Program-made: the position numbers and the translations under genes
The notes under the pieces: model-generated
Told to the model about the DNA's origin: nothing
Seen by the model: the letters and a program-made list of their open reading frames with translations, nothing else
Database searches by the model: none
In this document: positions 15,013-20,101 of the stretch, piece after piece
Layout: the number at the start of each line of letters is the position of its first letter
Numbering within the stretch: position 1 is the stretch's first letter
Source of the DNA: an uncultured virus (IMG/VR IMGVR_UViG_3300043473_000054)
Lineage: Duplodnaviria; Heunggongvirae; Uroviricota; Caudoviricetes
Direction: 5' to 3' (one strand)
Length of the DNA stretch: 20,101 nucleotides
IMG/VR virus record: IMGVR_UViG_3300043473_000054

Positions 15013-16223
15013 ATGACAGTTCCAACAGATGTCTTTGCTACCTATCAGTCTATCGGTAACAGAGAGGACCTTAGCGATACCATCTATCGCATCTCGCCTA
15101 CAGAAACGCCATTTTTGAGCGGCGTTGAGAAGGTGAAAGCGAAGGCAGTGAACCACGAGTAACGACTACTGCTCGTGTAAAACTGGGTGAATTGCGGGGA
15201 AGCCCTACCGGGTAAGGCCGGGGGTAATCCGCAGCCAAGCCGCGCAAGTAGGCGAGAGCCGAGAGGTGCGGAAGGTTCAACGACTAGGCTCCGAGCGAAA
15301 GCGGTAATGAGCCCACGAGCGCCCAGCCCTTCGCAAGAAGGTGATGAGATAGTCTGAACTCCGATCGACGAGACGGAGAAGCAGCGGATAAAGAGCCGCT
15401 GCGATAACACATTGGGCAAGTTCAAAACCTCGCCGCGGCCTCCACTGCGAATGCTGTCTTGGAAGGCGACGACGCGACGATCGACGCCGCCACGCCAACG
15501 GTCAGGCTGGGAAACATCGCCCAGATCTCTGACAAGGTCGCGGCGGTGACCGGCACGGAGAACGCCATCGACCGGGCCGGGCGCGACAACGAGCTGTCCT
15601 ATCAGCTTGCGTTGAAAGGCCAGGAACTGAAGCGCGACATGGAGAGCATCCTGCTTTCCAACCAGGCGAAGAATGCCGGCGCAATCGGCACGGCGCGTAA
15701 GACCGCGAGCATACTGGCGTGGATCGGCACCAACGACAGCCTCGGGGCCGGCGCCGCTGCCTCTCCGGTGACTCTCGACGGTCTCGCCACGCGGACTGAC
15801 GGCACGCAGCGGGCGTTCACCGAGGCGTTATTGAAGCCGGTGCTGCAGCTCATCTGGAACGAGGGCGGCGATCCCGACACCATCATGGTCGGCGGCGCAA
15901 ACAAGCAGGCGTTCTCGACTTTCACGGGCCGCACCGGCACGGCCGGGCCGAATGAACAGACGACGAGCAAGAAAATCGTAAATAATGTTGAGATTTACGA
16001 AGGGGATTTTGGCACACTTAAAGTAGTGGCCAACCGCTTCATGAGAACACGCGATTGCCTAGTCTTGGAGATGGACAAGTGGGCCGTCGCGTATCTCAGG
16101 AATATGCGTCGCTGGGATCTGGCTAAAACCGGAGATAGCGAAAAGACGCAGATCCTCTGTGAATACGCGTTAGAGGCGAGGAACGAGAAAGCGTCGGGCT
16201 TGGTTGCCGACCTTACTCCGTAG
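15013..16223 (+). CDS. Major capsid protein (SU10/DUF5309 type), intron-split: join(15013..15160,15415..16223), 318 aa
   Basis: AAAGGA SD; exon 1 MTVPTDVFATYQSIGNREDLSDTIYRISPTETPFLS...AVNHE; T+GG restores W; exon 2 QVQNLAAASTANAVLEGDD...ELKRDME...LAKTGDSEK...EYALEARNEKASG. Confidence 0.95.
15161..15414 (+). ncRNA. Group I self-splicing intron (254 nt, no homing endonuclease)
   Basis: Exon ends in U, intron ends in G; P1 CACGAGT/GCTCGTG with U-G at the splice site; P3 CTGGGTG/CGCCCAG; P AATTGCGGGGAA; Q AATCCGCAGC; R GTTCAACGACTA; S GAGATAGTC; P7 GACTA/TAGTC; P8 CCTTC-GCAA-GAAGG; P9 stems. Confidence 0.95.
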
Positions 16224-16320
16224 CACCCATCGTCGCCACGCCTTCAGTCCCGTTAACACTGGACCGAGAGCGAGCACCTCCTGTGGCGTGGCGGCGACCT
16301 TAAAAGCAGGAGGAGAACAC

Positions 16321-17058
16321 ATGGCTAGGCCGAAGGGCTCGAAGAACAAGCCGAAGGCCAAGCCTCCGGCGAAGGCCAAGGCGAAGGTTAAGCCACCGGC
16401 GAGGGCTGAGCCTCCCGACTGGCTACGCAAGGCCATGCAGCCGGCCAAGACACCACAGAAGCGCGGGCCGAAGCCAAAGGCACTGAAGGAAAAATTTCAG
16501 CAACAGGCGAAAGCCAAGAGAGGAAAGAAACCCATGGCGAACAAGCCGCATTACGATCCGCTCGACGATCCAGACCTGCGGGCTGGCGACGCGAAGGGCG
16601 ATGCACCCGGCTGGGAGAGCCCGATCAAGCCGCCGGATACGAGCCTGAAGCCCGGCAATCAGCTTCCGGGGGCTCCTGACAACACTCTCCCTGGCGCCGG
16701 CGGCAAGCCGGATCAGTCGCTGCCGGGGAACCCAATCAAGCCGGGCAAGCCCGCCCCGCTGCCGGGCGGCGGCGTGCGGCCCGACAATGCCCTGCCGGAG
16801 GAGCCCGAGGAGGCTCCCAAATTCGACGAGGTGCAGAGCGGTGCCCAGATCCCGGACGAGAACATGCAGATGCTGATTGCCGGCACGATGGGCGGCGGCG
16901 GCGACCACCACGCGATGGCGAAGCGTATCGTGGAGCGCATGAAGGAAGCCAAGTGGGTAACCAACAAGGCGGCCGACGAAGGGACCGGCGACACCGCCAA
17001 GGCCAAGAAGGGCAAAGCCAAGGACGAGGACGAAGCGGATGCCAAGCGCAAGGCTTGA
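16321..17058 (+). CDS. Low-complexity protein: Lys/Pro-rich AT-hook-like N-terminus plus PDxxLP repeats (245 aa)
   Basis: AGGAGGAG SD; MARPKGSKNKPKAK...; repeats PDTSLKP, PGNQLPG, PDNTLPG, PDQSLPG, PDNALPE; possible internal start at 16534. Confidence 0.75.
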   Translation: MARPKGSKNKPKAKPPAKAKAKVKPPARAEPPDWLRKAMQPAKTPQKRGPKPKALKEKFQQQAKAKRGKKPMANKPHYDPLDDPDLRAGDAKGDAPGWESPIKPPDTSLKPGNQLPGAPDNTLPGAGGKPDQSLPGNPIKPGKPAPLPGGGVRPDNALPEEPEEAPKFDEVQSGAQIPDENMQMLIAGTMGGGGDHHAMAKRIVERMKEAKWVTNKAADEGTGDTAKAKKGKAKDEDEADAKRKA

Positions 17059-17059
17059 T

Positions 17060-17317
17060 ATGCCGGAATTGCCTGCCTCCTTGGACCGGCGGCCGGCGAT
17101 GCCGAACGCCGCCTTCGAGGGCGGTGACGTGCCCGATGACGACGCCATCATAGGCATCATCCCGACCGATCGTCACGTTGTGGACATCGTCGATCCCAAG
17201 CAGGTGAGCGAGCTCATTTCCACGCGGCTCGGCGGCGGCAGGCGGCAATATGGAATTGCCGATGCCGTCCTTGCGCTGTTCGCCGAAAAGCGCTGGCACG
17301 TCATCAGAGAGGGCTGA
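17060..17317 (+). CDS. Hypothetical protein (85 aa)
   Basis: Tightly packed ORF with a 1-nt gap on each side. Confidence 0.7.
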   Translation: MPELPASLDRRPAMPNAAFEGGDVPDDDAIIGIIPTDRHVVDIVDPKQVSELISTRLGGGRRQYGIADAVLALFAEKRWHVIREG

Positions 17318-17318
17318 T

Positions 17319-17606
17319 ATGGCAACACAATATTGGGGTGCGGGTCGCATCGGCACGCACCAGAGCATCGCATACACCGGCACGGCGGGGACGGTCGCCA
17401 ATACCATCACGGCCGGGGTGCAGAAGGTGCGCGTCTGTGCGACGAGCGCCTGCTACATCACCATCGGCGTTTCGCCCACGGCCACGACGGCGGGCGTTTA
17501 TATGCCGGCCGATACGGTGGAGTATTTCACCATCGGGCCGGGTGAGAAGGTGAGTGCCATCCAGTCCTCGGCCGGCGGCACGCTGCACGTCACCGAGGTC
17601 AGTTAA
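17319..17606 (+). CDS. Small beta-rich virion protein (head fibre base or decoration-like, 95 aa)
   Basis: GAGAGGG SD; Thr/Gly/Ala-rich beta pattern VRVCATSACYITIG..PTAT...MPADTVEYF. Confidence 0.7.
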   Translation: MATQYWGAGRIGTHQSIAYTGTAGTVANTITAGVQKVRVCATSACYITIGVSPTATTAGVYMPADTVEYFTIGPGEKVSAIQSSAGGTLHVTEVS

Positions 17607-17610
17607 GCCC

Positions 17611-19251
17611 ATGGCGTTCGGGCGGCTCGGCAGTCTCGGGACCGGCTTCGGCCGGCTCGGGGCCAGGGCACATGGCGGCACTGCCGCGATACCCAGCGGC
17701 TCGGATATGCTGGCCGGCGAGACGGACGGCTTTGCCACCAGCTTCATCAACGCAACGGATGCCAGTCGCGTGGCGGTCAAGGTCGCGAGTGTGACGACCT
17801 CGCAGGGCCTCGACACCTTCTACCAGAATGCCGGCACCAGCCCGAAGATGGTGTTCGACGTGGCCGGCAATCTGGTCTGGTCGCCGCACAATCTGGTGCT
17901 TCAGTCAGAGACCATGGACAACGCCTCCTGGAACAAGGGGGCGCAAGTCGCGATCACGGCCGATGCCACGGCGGCACCAACCGGTGCTGTGACCGCCGAC
18001 AAGCTGGCGAACCTCAATACGGCATCCTCTAACAAGGGCATGCTGGCCAGCACGATCAGCTTTAGTATCAATAACACCTATACCTTCGCAGTGTGGGCGA
18101 AGGCGGCTGAGTGGAGCTGGATCGCCATCGAGGACCGCAACACCGCCACCCGCAAGACCTATTTCGATCTTGGCACGGGTGCGGTCGGAACGATCAACGC
18201 CGCCCATTCGGGAGCGACCATCACCTCCGGCGGCAATGGCTGGTACAAGTGCGCGATCACCTGGGTTTCGCCCGATACAGCCAGCAATACCCCGGTCATC
18301 TACCTGCAGACGGCAAATGCGCAGGGTGTAGTTACGGGCGTGGTCGGTGCAGGCGTGTATCTGTGGGGAGCACAATGTAATCGCGGCGCAACGCTCAGCA
18401 CCTACCTGCCCACGACGACGGCGGCGCGCGCCGGCCTGGCCGTCGACTACGACCTGGCAGCACACACGCCAAGGGGCTTGCTGGTGGAGCTCGCGGCGAC
18501 CAACCTGGCGCTCAATAACGCCACGCTCTCGACGCAGACCATAACGGTATCAACCCTCACGACCTACGTCCTGTCATTCTGGGGCACGGGCACCGTCACG
18601 CTGACCGGCGCATCGACGGCAGGTCCGTTGGCGGGGAGCAGCGCGACAACGCGCGTATCACTAAGTTTTGCGACTTCCGGGACATCGCTGACTCTGACGG
18701 TGAGTGGAACAGTCAGCAACGCGCAACTGGAGCTTGGCACGGCGCCCACCTCACTGATACCGACTCTCGCGGCTAGCGTCACGCGGGTGGCGGACAATTA
18801 CACCTTCCTGCTTTCCACCATTCCGGCGCTTGGGTCCGCCTATTCGATTTACTGCCGGTTTTCCACGCCGGTCATTGCCAACGCTAAGCACGCGGTGGCG
18901 GTGACGGACGGGACAGTGAACGAGTACGCCGGATTTCTCGCCAACACGACGGCGCGGCTGGCGGTGCTGGACGGCGGTGTGGCTGTGGGGGCCATTGTCG
19001 GGCCAACGCTGGTTGCTAATACGGCAGTCTCAGCGGCAGCGCGCATCAAGCTCAACGATTGCGCCATGTCGGTCGGCGGAGGAGCTGCAGCTTTCGATAC
19101 CACAGTCACATTGCCGACCGTCACCGAGGTGCGCTTTGGCGGCACCGGCAACAACGTGGCATCGACCGGCAGCTTCTACATCGAGAAGCTCGCCATCATC
19201 AACGCACGCGGCTGGACCGATGCCGAGCTGGTGGGAAAGTCTGCCACATGA
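17611..19251 (+). CDS. Head spike or fibre protein with carbohydrate-binding-like domains (546 aa)
   Basis: NLVLQSE...W...APTGAVTADKL...YTFAVWAKA...GNGWYKC...YLWGAQ...GLLVE.AATNL...QLELG..PTS.IPT....VTR.AD motifs typical of phage spike/fibre proteins. Confidence 0.75.
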   Translation: MAFGRLGSLGTGFGRLGARAHGGTAAIPSGSDMLAGETDGFATSFINATDASRVAVKVASVTTSQGLDTFYQNAGTSPKMVFDVAGNLVWSPHNLVLQSETMDNASWNKGAQVAITADATAAPTGAVTADKLANLNTASSNKGMLASTISFSINNTYTFAVWAKAAEWSWIAIEDRNTATRKTYFDLGTGAVGTINAAHSGATITSGGNGWYKCAITWVSPDTASNTPVIYLQTANAQGVVTGVVGAGVYLWGAQCNRGATLSTYLPTTTAARAGLAVDYDLAAHTPRGLLVELAATNLALNNATLSTQTITVSTLTTYVLSFWGTGTVTLTGASTAGPLAGSSATTRVSLSFATSGTSLTLTVSGTVSNAQLELGTAPTSLIPTLAASVTRVADNYTFLLSTIPALGSAYSIYCRFSTPVIANAKHAVAVTDGTVNEYAGFLANTTARLAVLDGGVAVGAIVGPTLVANTAVSAAARIKLNDCAMSVGGGAAAFDTTVTLPTVTEVRFGGTGNNVASTGSFYIEKLAIINARGWTDAELVGKSAT

Positions 19252-20101
19252 GGCAGTTCGGGGAGTTTTCGCCGGACGTGAGCGATCTCAACACAGACAC
19301 GCTCGACATCGCCCGCAACGTTCTTCCCGGCGTTAATTCTTACCTGCCCGCTCCCGGCCTTGTGGCGCATTCCGTCACCGCCCTGCCGCTGCCCTGTCGC
19401 GGGCTCTGGTATGTGCAGACGGCAGCGGGGGACTACGACACCTACGCGGCGACCGCCGAAAAACTCTACAAATACGATCCTGACACCGGCACATTTGCCG
19501 ATGTGTCGAGGCTGGTAGGTGGCAACTATGCCCTGCCGACTGACGACTATTGGAGCGGCACGCAATACGGCAACCGGCTGATTCTCTGCAATGTTGGCAA
19601 CGAGCCGCAATTCATCGACGTGGACAGTGGCGCCAATTTTGCCAACCTGCCGAATGCGCCGATCGCCAGCTTCGTCACCGTCATGGACGACCACGTGGTC
19701 TTTTCGCGGCTGTTCACCAACCCACGGGCGATCCGCTGGTCGGCGATCAACGACAGCGAGGACTACACGTCCGGCACGGCGGGCTTTCAGGAGTTCAGTG
19801 ACGCGGGCGAGGTGACGGGCTTTTGCGCCAACGCGCATATTCTGTTTCTGCAGCGCGGCCTGAGAGGCATCATCAGCACAGGTGATAAATACGCTTTCAG
19901 CTTCCCGACGATGAGCAGCGAGAAGGGCACCGTTTCGCCCTTCGGCGTCATCGAGTTTGGCGGCATTGCCTACTGGCTCAGTGACAATGGTTTCTATGTG
20001 GGCAATGCGGACCAGCAGAAGAGCATCTCGGAAAAGCGCATCAGTGGCTATTTCTATGATGCGCTGAACCAGGGAGCCGTCACTCGGGTATTCTCGACCT
20101 T
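19248..20101 (+). CDS. Tail nozzle / packaged-DNA stabilisation protein (P22 gp10-like), 3' end outside the window
   Basis: Read manually: MRQFGEFSPDVSDLNTDTLDIARNVLPGVNSYLPAPGL...WSGTQYGNRLILCN...IRWSAINDSEDY...; open to the window end; ATGA overlap; beta-propeller-like pattern. Confidence 0.8.
   Translation, partial: MRQFGEFSPDVSDLNTDTLDIARNVLPGVNSYLPAPGLVAHSVTALPLPCRGLWYVQTAAGDYDTYAATAEKLYKYDPDTGTFADVSRLVGGNYALPTDDYWSGTQYGNRLILCNVGNEPQFIDVDSGANFANLPNAPIASFVTVMDDHVVFSRLFTNPRAIRWSAINDSEDYTSGTAGFQEFSDAGEVTGFCANAHILFLQRGLRGIISTGDKYAFSFPTMSSEKGTVSPFGVIEFGGIAYWLSDNGFYVGNADQQKSISEKRISGYFYDALNQGAVTRVFST

Larger units (their letters stand above)
1..20101. mobile_element. Temperate Caudoviricetes phage/prophage segment (P22-like podovirus head-tail module, probable alphaproteobacterial host)
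   Basis: Gene order repressor/cro, replication, late regulator, terS, terL, portal, scaffold, capsid, fibre, nozzle; no host housekeeping genes; no att site or integrase in the window. Confidence 0.95.

Noticed and set aside
15084..15498. Minus-strand ORFs over the intron as a homing endonuclease
   Set aside because: No LAGLIDADG, HNH or GIY-YIG motifs; they are shadows of structured RNA
15459..16223. 254-aa capsid starting at TTG 15459, or a capsid pseudogene
   Set aside because: The conserved N-terminus is at 15013-15160 and intron removal restores the frame exactly
200..19838. Many long overlapping alternative-frame ORFs in the ORF track (e.g. 10466-11287, 11631-12380, 16423-17160, 19176-19838 on the minus strand)
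   Set aside because: Typical high-GC shadow ORFs opposite or overlapping well-supported genes, without SD or motifs

Overview
A 20.1 kb segment of a GC-rich temperate tailed phage or prophage, probably from an alphaproteobacterial host (it carries a GcrA homologue). It runs from the early-left genes (minus strand, 1-1198) through a lambda-like immunity switch (XRE repressor, Cro-like gene, 17-bp palindromic operators), early-right and replication genes (GcrA, XF1762/Mom-like, VRR-NUC, DUF1376 initiator-like, DUF6362-like regulator, GIY-YIG), a late promoter/terminator with a structured leader and a reverse-oriented three-gene cassette, to a podovirus-type (P22-like) packaging and head module (TerS, PBSX-type TerL, portal, scaffold, SU10/DUF5309-type major capsid, fibre, gp10-like nozzle). 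Main points: (1) the major capsid gene is interrupted by an ORF-less 254-nt group I intron (15161-15414), and splicing restores the conserved HE-W-Q motif; (2) the portal is split into two translationally coupled genes with a 126-aa passenger ORF between them, both junctions reading TACTGATGG; (3) an acr-aca-like cassette (acidic small protein plus HTH, twin palindromic operators, 5'-UTR hairpin) is a candidate anti-defence operon; (4) a leader-peptide/anti-SD/antisense-terminator arrangement precedes the replication gene. Family assignments come from motif recognition only; no database searches were run.
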